A stretch of 57,653 nt of DNA from an uncultured Muribaculaceae bacterium (GTDB lineage Bacteria; Bacillota_I; Bacilli_A; RF39; UBA660). The stretch is taken from the NCBI GenBank assembly GCA_964402155.1, contig CAYOAY010000001.1, positions 1-57,653 on the forward strand, read 5' to 3'. This document shows positions 1-9,547 of this stretch, piece by piece. The notes below the pieces were generated by a model. It was not told where the DNA came from, did not search any database, and saw only the letters and a list, made by a program, of their open reading frames with translations. A program made the position numbers and the translations under genes. Within the stretch, counting starts at the first letter, position 1; each line of letters starts with the position of its first letter.

Positions 1-94
1 TATTACTAGATATTTAACCTTATAATTTTTGTTGCACTTCTAATTACAATTTAGCGACATATCAAAAAAATGTAATAAATTAGAATATATATTT

Positions 95-1297
95 TTATTT
101 ATTAATTATTTTAATTTGATTATTATCAATATAAGCAAGAACATTTTTTCTTCTTGCATTATTTTCATTAGATAAAGCATCATTACCTGATAATATATCT
201 TGTTTAGGTGAAATAATTTCTACTTGTTTTCTATTTAGATTATTATCTATTATAACTTTTAACCCTTTTAATAAAGCTTTATAAATTGCGGTATATGTAT
301 CTTCAGTTGAATTTGTATAATTACCTCCACTACCCATATATGATGAATCCTCAATTTTGTAACTCCAACAATATGAATCATCACTATTCTTAGTTGGTGT
401 AACATTTAGTTTTACTGGCCCAGTACCTAAATCCTTAATTGTTTTTGTATCAACAAGTTTAGATAATGCTTTTTTAAGTTTTCGATAGTCACCAATTTTA
501 ATTTCATTTACTTCATCACTTAAATTAATAACTCCAGTCGCAACATCGATAACCGTAAATCCTTTTTTTGCTACATCTTGTTTTTCTACACCTAGTTCTT
601 GATACATCTTATCATATACTTCAATTTTTTTGCCTAAAATAAAATCATCTAATCCTTTTAGAAAAGCATTTAAATAATCCTCATATCTTGTATCAAAACA
701 ATATTCTCTTAATGAATAATACAATAATACTTCTAATAAGTAACCAGATATTTGATTAAGTTTTTGTTCATCTCGGTAATACTTAATGATTTGAATTGTA
801 TTTCTAAAATATGTATAATCACGATTTGCAATTTCAACAAATTTATTTCTTTTTTCTTCCTTATCAAGTAAATAATTTTCAGGTAAATCAATGATTGTTG
901 AATTATTTGGATAATAAATAATTAAATTGAACACATCATTATCTAATTTAAAACTAATTAGATTTTTATCATCATCATATTTAATATCACTTAATTTTTG
1001 AATATCATCAATATTAAAAATTATTGCATTAATAATTTCATTAACAATTATTTTATTTATTAACGAAAAACACTTGTTAATATCTGAATTTACAACAACC
1101 ACAACATCAATAATATTAGAACTTGCAATCATTGTATTCTTCATAATACTTCCTGATTTGATTATATCTACTAAAGTAAAGTATTTGTTACTGGATAAAA
1201 TAACTTTAATTAGATTTATATTATTTAATATTTGTTCTTTACGAACTTTTGATACTTCTTGTTCACTAACAAGTTTTCTAAATTCTTTTTCTGTCAT
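95..1297 (-). CDS. Pol-beta-superfamily nucleotidyltransferase-like protein (OAS/CD-NTase-like) with extra C-terminal domain
   Basis: 400-aa ORF with GGAG 8 nt upstream. It has a G-S-x13-D-h-h-h segment (KSGSIMKNTMIASSNIIDVVVV) resembling the NTase hG[GS]x9-13Dh[DE]h motif, but the second carboxylate is absent. A later helical segment (FRNTIQIIKYYRDEQ..GYLLEVLLYYSL) is typical of OAS/CD-NTase-type folds. About 100 aa of unassigned C-terminal sequence follow. Confidence 0.45.
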   Translation of the reverse strand: MTEKEFRKLVSEQEVSKVRKEQILNNINLIKVILSSNKYFTLVDIIKSGSIMKNTMIASSNIIDVVVVVNSDINKCFSLINKIIVNEIINAIIFNIDDIQKLSDIKYDDDKNLISFKLDNDVFNLIIYYPNNSTIIDLPENYLLDKEEKRNKFVEIANRDYTYFRNTIQIIKYYRDEQKLNQISGYLLEVLLYYSLREYCFDTRYEDYLNAFLKGLDDFILGKKIEVYDKMYQELGVEKQDVAKKGFTVIDVATGVINLSDEVNEIKIGDYRKLKKALSKLVDTKTIKDLGTGPVKLNVTPTKNSDDSYCWSYKIEDSSYMGSGGNYTNSTEDTYTAIYKALLKGLKVIIDNNLNRKQVEIISPKQDILSGNDALSNENNARRKNVLAYIDNNQIKIINK

Positions 1298-1380
1298 ATC
1301 ATTTCTCCTACTTTATTACAAGTATTATATCATAAATTTTAAAAATAATCTATAATTTAATAAATATAATAGCAACAAAT

Positions 1381-1422
1381 AAAAAACTTAGTTAAAAAGA
1401 TGATTAAATTTCTAACTAAGTT
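1381..1422 (-). terminator. Putative intrinsic terminator after the PHP phosphatase gene
   Basis: 10-bp inverted repeat AACTTAGTTA/TAACTAAGTT (1385-1394 and 1413-1422), followed on the minus strand by TTTTATTT. The loop is rather large (18 nt). Confidence 0.45.
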
Positions 1423-2221
1423 TTATGCTATATATATATTCTTTTCTTTTTACAAAATATCTTAATTCATTAAACCCCAAATCTTTAAATATTTGAAAAT
1501 ACATGAATTGTTGCTTATAATATTTTTCATATGCATCTTCATTATGACTATCAGAAGAAAGACTAAGTTTAACTCCTCCTTCTTCTTGATACCATTTCAA
1601 TATTTTCTTTAAATGAGTAACTCCTAAGATATTTTCAACTTTCATATTAATTTCTAATGTTTTATTTTGTTTAATTAATAATTTAAATATCTTTCTTACG
1701 AATGATTCATATGCATCAATTAATAAAGTATCATCAATTAAATAGGCCGTTTTAAAACCATAATCAAAATGACTTAAAACATCAAAGTTATCAAAATTAT
1801 TAAGCGCATCAATAATGTTATTAAAATATATATTTAACATATTATCAATACCAATATTAATAAAGGCATCTTTTAAATAATAATCATATACATCATTATC
1901 ATGAATACTAAGATTAATGAAATCAAATTCATATGAATTAATTACATCATTAATATTATGAATATAATTTTTTTTATATCCCATTTCTACACCTAATAAA
2001 GGAGTAACATTTGGAAATTTCTTATTTAAACTATTTAATTCACTTATTAATTGATCAAAGTTAACAGTCCAATCTTGATGATTATAAGCACTAGCAAATT
2101 CAATATGTTCTGTTGTAACAAAATACTTAGTTTGATAATTAGAAGCTATTTGATAATACTTTTCTATATTTGCTTTTGAATCTAACGAATAACTAGTATG
2201 ACAATGTTGGTCGTGAAGCAT
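1412..2221 (-). CDS. PHP-domain phosphatase (HisJ-family histidinol-phosphatase-like)
   Basis: N-terminal MLHDQHCHTSYSLDS (H-x-H metal motif), internal HIEF, SIHD and SHFDY, and C-terminal SSDSH. These match the PHP/HisJ pattern. The ATG at 2221 lies directly after the typA stop. The longer ORF-track start is unlikely. Confidence 0.7.
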   Translation of the reverse strand: MLHDQHCHTSYSLDSKANIEKYYQIASNYQTKYFVTTEHIEFASAYNHQDWTVNFDQLISELNSLNKKFPNVTPLLGVEMGYKKNYIHNINDVINSYEFDFINLSIHDNDVYDYYLKDAFINIGIDNMLNIYFNNIIDALNNFDNFDVLSHFDYGFKTAYLIDDTLLIDAYESFVRKIFKLLIKQNKTLEINMKVENILGVTHLKKILKWYQEEGGVKLSLSSDSHNEDAYEKYYKQQFMYFQIFKDLGFNELRYFVKRKEYIYSIKLS

Positions 2222-2222
2222 A

Positions 2223-4046
2223 TTAATGTTTACTTGGTTTAGTACTATCAAATTTCTTTCTTTCCACAGTATCTAAGATTCGTTTACGTAATCTTATACT
2301 TTTAGGAGTAATTTCCACTAATTCATCATCATCAATAAAATCTAAGTAATTTTCTAAAGTTAAAACACGAGGTTTCTTTAAAACAACCGTTGTATCTTTT
2401 GTTGAACTTCTTTGGTTTGTTTGTTGTTTTTCTCTTGTAATATTAACCGCTAAATCTTCTTCACGATTACATTCGCCAACAATCATTCCTTCATACACAG
2501 TTGTACCTGGTTCAATAAATAGTTCACCACGGTCTTCAATACCACCACACGCATACGCAGTTGCCATTCCGGAATTAAATGAAACAAGAACACCAAGTTT
2601 GCGACCAATAAATGCCTCAGGTGTAACTTTACGATAATCTAAGAAATAGTGATTTATGATACCATAACCATGCGTTACACTTAAAAATTCATTCATAAAT
2701 CCGATTAAACCTTTAGAAGGAATACTATAAATTAATCTTGTTTGTCCTTCATGGCTCGACATATTTTCTAGAATTCCACGTCTGCTACCAAGCATTTCAA
2801 TGGCAGGGCCTATATATTCATCAGGCACATCTACTTGAACAAATTCATATGGTTCACAAGTATCACCATCAATTTCTTTTAAGATTACCCTTGGTTTTGA
2901 TACTTGGAACTCATATCCTTCACGTCTCATATTTTCTATTAATATAGATAGATGTAATTCACCACGTCCCGATACAATCCATTCTTCTTTATTACCAACG
3001 CGTTCTACTTTTAAACTAACATCACGTTGAGTTTCGCGGTACAATCTTTCTTCAATTTTACGAGCTGTAACAAATTCACCTTCTAAGCCACTCATTGGAC
3101 TAGTGTTCGTTCCAAAATTCATTTGAACTGTTGGTTCTCCAACTTTAATTAATGGAAGAGCATCATCACAACCAACCTCACAAACAGTTTCCCCAACATA
3201 TATATCTGGAAGACCAGCGATTGCGACTATATCTCCAGCACAAGCTTCTTCTACTTCAATTCTTTTTAGTCCCATAAATGAAAACAACTTTTGGATTCTA
3301 AATGGTTTAATTGATTTATCAATTCTAATACAAGATACATTTTGATTTAATTTTACTTTACCACTAACAATTCGACCAATTCCAATTCGACCTACGTATT
3401 CATTATAATCTAGTAATGCAGGTTGAAATCTAAATGGTTTATCTTCTTCAATATCTGGATCTGGAATTTCTTTTAAAATCATATCAAGTAATACTTCCAT
3501 ACCTTTAGTTTGTGTAGATACATCAGGAGACAAGCTTGAAGTATCTTGAATTGCTGAAACATAAACAACAGGGAAATCCAATTGATCATCATCGGCACCA
3601 AGTTCAATAAATAAATCAATTACTTCATCAACTACTTCTAAAGGTCTTGCTGCTTCACGGTCAATTTTATTAATTACAACGATAGGTTTTAAATGATGCT
3701 CTAATGCTTTTTGTAAAACAAACCTAGTTTGAGGCATTGTTCCTTCATAGGCATCAACAACAAGTAAAACACCATCAACCATTCCCATTATTCTTTCTAC
3801 TTCACCGCTAAAGTCAGCATGGCCTGGAGTATCTAAAATATTAATTTTATATCCTTTATAATTTATCGCTGTGGTTTTGGCTAAAATTGTTATACCACGT
3901 TCTCTTTCAATATCATTTGAATCCATTGCTCTTTCTGATACAGTTTCATTTGATCTAAATGTTGAAGAAGAAGAAAGCAACGTATCAACAAGAGTTGTTT
4001 TTCCATGGTCAACATGGGCTATAATTGCTATATTTTTTATATTCAT
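2223..4046 (-). CDS. typA: Translational GTPase TypA/BipA
   Basis: NIAIIAHVDHGKTTL (G1), DTPGHADF (G3) and NKID (G4), with full-length collinearity to the TypA/BipA architecture. ATG (MNIKN) lies 7 nt after GAGGTG. The ORF-track start is an upstream GTG. Confidence 0.95.
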   Translation of the reverse strand: MNIKNIAIIAHVDHGKTTLVDTLLSSSSTFRSNETVSERAMDSNDIERERGITILAKTTAINYKGYKINILDTPGHADFSGEVERIMGMVDGVLLVVDAYEGTMPQTRFVLQKALEHHLKPIVVINKIDREAARPLEVVDEVIDLFIELGADDDQLDFPVVYVSAIQDTSSLSPDVSTQTKGMEVLLDMILKEIPDPDIEEDKPFRFQPALLDYNEYVGRIGIGRIVSGKVKLNQNVSCIRIDKSIKPFRIQKLFSFMGLKRIEVEEACAGDIVAIAGLPDIYVGETVCEVGCDDALPLIKVGEPTVQMNFGTNTSPMSGLEGEFVTARKIEERLYRETQRDVSLKVERVGNKEEWIVSGRGELHLSILIENMRREGYEFQVSKPRVILKEIDGDTCEPYEFVQVDVPDEYIGPAIEMLGSRRGILENMSSHEGQTRLIYSIPSKGLIGFMNEFLSVTHGYGIINHYFLDYRKVTPEAFIGRKLGVLVSFNSGMATAYACGGIEDRGELFIEPGTTVYEGMIVGECNREEDLAVNITREKQQTNQRSSTKDTTVVLKKPRVLTLENYLDFIDDDELVEITPKSIRLRKRILDTVERKKFDSTKPSKH

Positions 4047-4072
4047 AATAATCACCTCAAAAATAAAGAAAA

Positions 4073-4117
4073 AGCTACTAGTTTAAGAACAAAGTTGCAG
4101 TTCTTATCCTACTAGCT
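4073..4117 (-). terminator. Intrinsic terminator between the membrane-protein gene and typA
   Basis: On the minus strand: AGCTAGTAGGATAAGAAC-loop-GTTCTTAAACTAGTAGCT, followed by TTTTCTTTATTTTT. Confidence 0.65.
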
Positions 4118-4191
4118 GTTTTAAACCTTGTTTATTATACACCATTTAAGGCAATTTGTCAAAAAGATTATACTATTTTTACAAGGTTATA

Positions 4192-4995
4192 TTAATTTTC
4201 ACTTCTTCTATTAAATAATAAAACAACAATACCAATAAATACCATTACAATACCAACAAGTAAAATATTTAATGGATTTTGATAAATAAATAACCAAAAT
4301 TGTATGAAACTATGTTCTTTAAAATAAAAGGCAATTATTATTTCTTTACTGATATTTACAAGTGTAACCATATTTAATGCATAGAAACCACCTAAAACAA
4401 TTAGTAAGATACCAATGAATTTACCCATTTTAATTGAGGATCCTCCATCCTTATCTTTAATTAAACTATCTAGGCCTATAATCATAAATATATATAATAA
4501 TATTTTAACGACACTAAATATAAATAGAATAACAATTGCTAGAATAACCGTCCCATAGTACCCCATTACATTAAATACTTTTACATATTCGGTAAGAATA
4601 AATGCAATTGTGCCAACCACAAAATGAATTAATGTAATAATACTAAATATAACCATTATCCATTTTAGTGTTTTAAAGACAGATACACTTACTTCATGTT
4701 TATTATGTGCAATTGAAAACAACATCCATAAAAAGACACAACATATAATATTGGGAACAAATCTTATAAGCATTAAACCCATCCAGTTTAAACTTTGTAA
4801 CATTATGTCACTACCACAACTTATAGAAGAAACGAATCCCGCAAATAAATCTATTGCGACAAATATTGTATAAAGTATACATACAGTTCTCATATATCCA
4901 GAACCAAAAGTTTTTCCAATTCTTTCGCGTCTTTCTAGATTTTTACTATTAATATCTTCTAAACTTTGTTCATTTACATTTTCTATGGTTTCCAT
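4192..4995 (-). CDS. Polytopic membrane protein, function unknown
   Basis: 267-aa ORF with a GGAGG RBS, a charged N-terminus, and about 6 hydrophobic segments. No recognisable catalytic motif. Confidence 0.6.
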   Translation of the reverse strand: METIENVNEQSLEDINSKNLERRERIGKTFGSGYMRTVCILYTIFVAIDLFAGFVSSISCGSDIMLQSLNWMGLMLIRFVPNIICCVFLWMLFSIAHNKHEVSVSVFKTLKWIMVIFSIITLIHFVVGTIAFILTEYVKVFNVMGYYGTVILAIVILFIFSVVKILLYIFMIIGLDSLIKDKDGGSSIKMGKFIGILLIVLGGFYALNMVTLVNISKEIIIAFYFKEHSFIQFWLFIYQNPLNILLVGIVMVFIGIVVLLFNRRSEN

Positions 4996-5069
4996 ATTTA
5001 CCTCCTAATAATACTTTAATTATATCATATTTTTAATTATTATTAAATAGACAATATATTTGTTTTGTC

Positions 5070-5786
5070 TTAATTTATTTCATTATCAATAGTTTGTATA
5101 TTTTTACATTGATTAATTTTATTAAATAATAAATATATACTATAAGATAACATTGCTATATATATAATAATCATACCTATAAAAACTATATACCCAAAAT
5201 TATTTGCATTATTTATTACATATGAAACAATCGAAATATAGATTCCTTCCTTTTTAATTATATTAATGATACCTAAGACAACTAATATAATTATAATACA
5301 AATATTTAAACATCCATATATTGTCATTAACACTTTATTTGGATTTTCATTGTTAACTATTGATAACATAATATTGTAAAATACCAAATATATTGTTGCG
5401 AAAAGAATTAGTAAAGTAAACGGATAAACAATCTTTGCTTTATCAATAAAACTAAGGTTAGCATCAGGTGAACCTATAGAATGAGAACAATCTTGAATAA
5501 TTAAAAGTAAGAAACAAATAAAGATGCTAGCTGCTATAATATATATATACTTTAATATTCCTTTTACTCTTAATAGAATTAAGGCTGCTTTTGTATTTTT
5601 TTCAACAGTTAAAAGCCACAAACTAATTGAAGTCATTATTATAAATAATAATGGTATTAATGTAATAATAAAATTAGCAATTTCCATTTGTCCAGCTATT
5701 CCTATTATAAAAAATAATAAATAAAATAAACCAAAACAAGAATAAAGACTACTCAATAGAGTCATTTTATTTTTCATAATTTCCAT
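5070..5786 (-). CDS. Polytopic membrane protein, function unknown
   Basis: 238-aa ORF with about 6 TM segments. It overlaps the stop of the upstream VanZ gene by 20 nt. An alternative start MKNKM at 5777 is possible. Its topology is similar to that of ORF 4192-4995. Confidence 0.55.
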   Translation of the reverse strand: MEIMKNKMTLLSSLYSCFGLFYLLFFIIGIAGQMEIANFIITLIPLLFIIMTSISLWLLTVEKNTKAALILLRVKGILKYIYIIAASIFICFLLLIIQDCSHSIGSPDANLSFIDKAKIVYPFTLLILFATIYLVFYNIMLSIVNNENPNKVLMTIYGCLNICIIIILVVLGIINIIKKEGIYISIVSYVINNANNFGYIVFIGMIIIYIAMLSYSIYLLFNKINQCKNIQTIDNEIN

Positions 5787-7335
5787 CCTTTCTTTTAACT
5801 AATAATTTAATAAAGATAACTAAATAAAAAATTACAACCGTAATAACAGTACCCACTAAGTATCCAGAAAAATCAATTAATACATCATCAAAGGTACCTG
5901 TTCTTCCTTTAACTGATAACTGAATTATTTCTGTCACCCCCGCAAGACTAAATCCAACAACTAAAGATATTATCATACCTACAATTTTTCGATTAAAGAA
6001 AAAATAAATTACTCCAAAAGCAATAAGCGATAATATCATAAATGCTCCAAAATGACCGATACCTTTTCTAATTAATAAATAGAAAGCAGGTTTAGGAGGA
6101 TTAATAACATTAACAATTATATCATAAATAAATGAAGAACCATCACTACTTGTTAATACTATATGACAAGTTGTTTTTCCTTTTTTTATACCATATATAA
6201 TTCCAGCATCATCAACCGTTGATATAGTATTATCATCAATTAAATATTTTATTTCATAATTATTTGGAAAAATAGTATTTTCATTATATATAATTTTATC
6301 ATTTGAATTAACCACAACATTCATCTGATTATCTACATCATAATTTACTTTCTTACTTATTACTTTTACCTTAATTTCTGAAAATATACTTGGATTATCA
6401 TTTAAATACACTCTTACATTAATAAGAGATTTACTACCTTCAAATGCCTTTAAATAACCATTTTGTAAAATATCTAAAGCTATATTATCTTCGGCTTCCC
6501 ATTTTAAATCAATATGATTGGCATTACTTGGTATTATATTTAAATAATCATTTAAATTTACTACTTCGTCTTCATAAACCGAAAAGACATTATTCTCAAA
6601 ATTCTTATTAGGTTTTAATATAAGTTGTTCTACAGGGATATTTACAAAGGTTGTTATTTCAAAAGACTTAATAATATATATATCATCATTTTCTTTACTA
6701 GTTAATTTAATATCAACTTTACCTTCTTTTAAACAAGTCATTTTACCATTTTGATCAATCAACGCCACATCTTCATTTAGTGATTCCCAAATAACTGATT
6801 TACTTGTAGTATTTTTTGGAGTATATATGGCATGAAGTTGATAACTATTACCAACATTAAACTCAGGTGCAGCTGTATGAATTGAAAGTTTCTGAACAGG
6901 TATTTCAATAATCTTTCCTTCTAATTCAACTACATCATATATATCTTCGTATTCATCTATCCATACTTTTAGTTTTACTTTTCCTTCTTTATTAAAAGTA
7001 AGACTACCATTTGAATTAATACTTGCAATATCACTATCTAATTCATACTTTATTGTTTTCTTTGAGGCATTCTTTGGTAATATTTCACATTCTATATTAA
7101 TAGAACTACCAACTCCATAAATTTCATTATTTGTTAAAATCTTTATACTAGTTGGTTTTATAAATTCAGCACTAGAACCAATCCCCGTTTGCCCAGTAAT
7201 TGTTTCAGTTATAATATCACTCTGGCCCGCCGATACATCTCCCGGCATACAAGCTTCTAAAATTAAAACAAGAGCAAGGATAAAATAACATGAAAGAAAT
7301 CCATACTTAAAGATTAATTTAATTATTTTTTTCAT
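5767..7335 (-). CDS. Secreted Big_2 (bacterial Ig-like) repeat protein fused to a C-terminal VanZ-like membrane domain
   Basis: N-terminal signal/TM segment. Repeated Big_2-like modules (e.g. FNVGNSYQLHAIYTPKNTTSKSVIWESLNEDVALIDQNGKMTCLKEGKVDI). The C-terminus GHFGAFMILSL...TGTFDDVLIDFSGYLVG is VanZ-like with about 4 TM segments. Confidence 0.7.
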   Translation of the reverse strand: MKKIIKLIFKYGFLSCYFILALVLILEACMPGDVSAGQSDIITETITGQTGIGSSAEFIKPTSIKILTNNEIYGVGSSINIECEILPKNASKKTIKYELDSDIASINSNGSLTFNKEGKVKLKVWIDEYEDIYDVVELEGKIIEIPVQKLSIHTAAPEFNVGNSYQLHAIYTPKNTTSKSVIWESLNEDVALIDQNGKMTCLKEGKVDIKLTSKENDDIYIIKSFEITTFVNIPVEQLILKPNKNFENNVFSVYEDEVVNLNDYLNIIPSNANHIDLKWEAEDNIALDILQNGYLKAFEGSKSLINVRVYLNDNPSIFSEIKVKVISKKVNYDVDNQMNVVVNSNDKIIYNENTIFPNNYEIKYLIDDNTISTVDDAGIIYGIKKGKTTCHIVLTSSDGSSFIYDIIVNVINPPKPAFYLLIRKGIGHFGAFMILSLIAFGVIYFFFNRKIVGMIISLVVGFSLAGVTEIIQLSVKGRTGTFDDVLIDFSGYLVGTVITVVIFYLVIFIKLLVKRKDGNYEK

Positions 7336-8460
7336 TTATTGACCCTCATTATAATTTACCATAAACAAAAGGGAATCTTCTTGTATATCCGTAATACCTT
7401 TCGATACAATATCTGTAAAATGAGCACCATTACACAAAAATATATAACCACGCGTTTTTCCAAAAAGCATAAAACTTCTTAATCCATAAGCATTACCAAA
7501 ATGTCCATATAAAGTCTCACCATATCCATCAAGAATTAATAATTGTAATCCTTTTTTCTTATATTGAGGATCATCACTAATTCCTTCCCAATGTATTTCT
7601 TTCATATATTCGATTGTTGATGGTTCAAATAAACGAACATTTTCATATATACCATAATTCATTAACATTGTCATTATTTTGTTTAATCCAAGAATAGAAA
7701 TAAATAATCCACCAGCAGGCATTCTAAAATTATCCCCTAATGAATATTTAGGATATTCATATTCTAAAAATAAGTTTAAATCTCTATTCATAACAAATTC
7801 ATTATTTAAAGAATTATAATCATAAAGCGATGCTATATTATTTTTATCAACTATATCAGATATTCTAAAACTTGCATCAATATTTAGAGGAAGCAAAATC
7901 TTTTCTCTAATATAATCGCTAAAATACATTCCACTTACCTTTTCAATAATACAAGCTAAAATGCCACAACCAAAATTAGAATATTCAAAATGACTACCAG
8001 GTAAAACATTTCTAAAAGTTCTATCTAAATAATATTCATATTCTTTATTAGTTAATAAGTCTTGTAACTTTACTTCAAACTTTGGTCCATTAACACCATC
8101 ATATCCCTTAACTGAATCTTCACCATCACTAATACTAGAAGTTTGAGTCATTAACATTTCGATGGTTATTTTATTATTTGGAAAGTACGGGTTTCTAACA
8201 CTATAGCCTAAATATTTGCTTATATCTTCAGTAATATCAATCTTTTTTTCTTCATATAATTTCATAATTCCTAGGGCAACAACTACCTTAGAGATAGAAG
8301 CAATTCTGAATATTGTATTTTCATTTATCTTTTGAGAAGTTTTAATGTCGCTGAATCCATTAAAAGATGTATATAAGGTATTTGAATCATTTATTAATGT
8401 CGCAATACCCATATATTTATATTTATTAATTATTTTTTCAAATTCTTTATTATAACTCAT
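7336..8460 (-). CDS. Serine hydrolase, beta-lactamase/PBP-like (class C-type) family
   Basis: SxxK motif (FRIASISKVVV), Y-S-N (FEYSNFG) and a GHFGNAYG box. The stop directly abuts the start of the VanZ gene. The ATG start lies after GGTGAT. Confidence 0.75.
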   Translation of the reverse strand: MSYNKEFEKIINKYKYMGIATLINDSNTLYTSFNGFSDIKTSQKINENTIFRIASISKVVVALGIMKLYEEKKIDITEDISKYLGYSVRNPYFPNNKITIEMLMTQTSSISDGEDSVKGYDGVNGPKFEVKLQDLLTNKEYEYYLDRTFRNVLPGSHFEYSNFGCGILACIIEKVSGMYFSDYIREKILLPLNIDASFRISDIVDKNNIASLYDYNSLNNEFVMNRDLNLFLEYEYPKYSLGDNFRMPAGGLFISILGLNKIMTMLMNYGIYENVRLFEPSTIEYMKEIHWEGISDDPQYKKKGLQLLILDGYGETLYGHFGNAYGLRSFMLFGKTRGYIFLCNGAHFTDIVSKGITDIQEDSLLFMVNYNEGQ

Positions 8461-8540
8461 ATATATCACCTTACATTAATTATACCACATTTATAAATTT
8501 TAATCAATAATGTAGAAAAGTAACTTACCATAATGATAAG

Positions 8541-9425
8541 TTACTCTGTTTCATTTATCTTTTTTCTTTTTTGAAAAAATCTACATAACAAGAATATTGT
8601 AACAAAAGCAATTACTCCTAATATTATACCAATTACTAATTCAGCTCTACTATAATTGAAATTAGTATTATCGATTATACATGTTTTAATTATAATTGCG
8701 GGAGCAGCAATAACAAATGCGAAAGAAGCAAACTGAAATTGTTGTGAATATCTATTCATTAAATACTTAATTAATTTTGATAATAAGAATGCACCAATTG
8801 CATAACCTATTAAATAAGTCCCCATAATACCTAAGTTTGGCAAAACATTAGTAAAAGTTACAAGTTCATAGATCGTATTAGTAAATGCATAATAATAGCC
8901 TAGTGCTAAAAATACAACAGCGAAGTCAACACCAGGTATCACTAATGTAACTGAGGTAATAACACCAATGAAAAACCAGTGGATATAATCACCAATTGTC
9001 ATATCATTAAACTGAATATTAGTTGTTTCATTCAAACAAACAGAATATAAGATTATTAATGCAATAACAAAGATAAATACTAATATATTTGATGGCTTTT
9101 TAATTCCATTACTAAGAGACATAAAAGTTGAAGGTATACTTCCCATTATAGAACCAATTATTACTAGTACAATTGGAAGAGGAAACAATACATATATAAT
9201 ATTAACTGATATCGAACCTAATATTGCGCCTAAAAAAAATCCTAAAACTAAAGAACCTAAAAAAGGAAAGTACTTTTTAAAATCCTTAAGAATTCCACTA
9301 ATAGATTCAATTAATAAACCATATGTGCCTATCATTATGGCTACTGTACTTGCACTAAGGCCAGGTATTGCTACACTTGCAACTCCAAGTAAAATTCCTT
9401 TTAAGGCAATTATTACATATTTCAT
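8541..9425 (-). CDS. DUF368-family membrane protein (family implicated in undecaprenyl-phosphate recycling)
   Basis: Two-fold repeated polytopic protein with N-terminal GILLGVASVAIPGLSASTVAIMIGTY and a second copy VIPGVDFAVVFLALGYY. This matches the DUF368 signature. Confidence 0.65.
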   Translation of the reverse strand: MKYVIIALKGILLGVASVAIPGLSASTVAIMIGTYGLLIESISGILKDFKKYFPFLGSLVLGFFLGAILGSISVNIIYVLFPLPIVLVIIGSIMGSIPSTFMSLSNGIKKPSNILVFIFVIALIILYSVCLNETTNIQFNDMTIGDYIHWFFIGVITSVTLVIPGVDFAVVFLALGYYYAFTNTIYELVTFTNVLPNLGIMGTYLIGYAIGAFLLSKLIKYLMNRYSQQFQFASFAFVIAAPAIIIKTCIIDNTNFNYSRAELVIGIILGVIAFVTIFLLCRFFQKRKKINETE

Positions 9426-9547
9426 AAAACCACCAACTTCTAACTAAAAAGTATTTTATCATAATACTTTAGTTTTGTCTAAATATTTGAAGATAAATTT
9501 TAAAAACATAAGAAAATAAAATCATCTCATGTTTTTAAATATTCATT

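Noticed and set aside
95-1297. Calling the NTase-like gene a CBASS or other cyclic-oligonucleotide defence system
   Set aside because: No effector, Cap2/Cap3 or other partner gene is adjacent in the window, and the second catalytic Asp/Glu is not evident. It is reported only as NTase-like.
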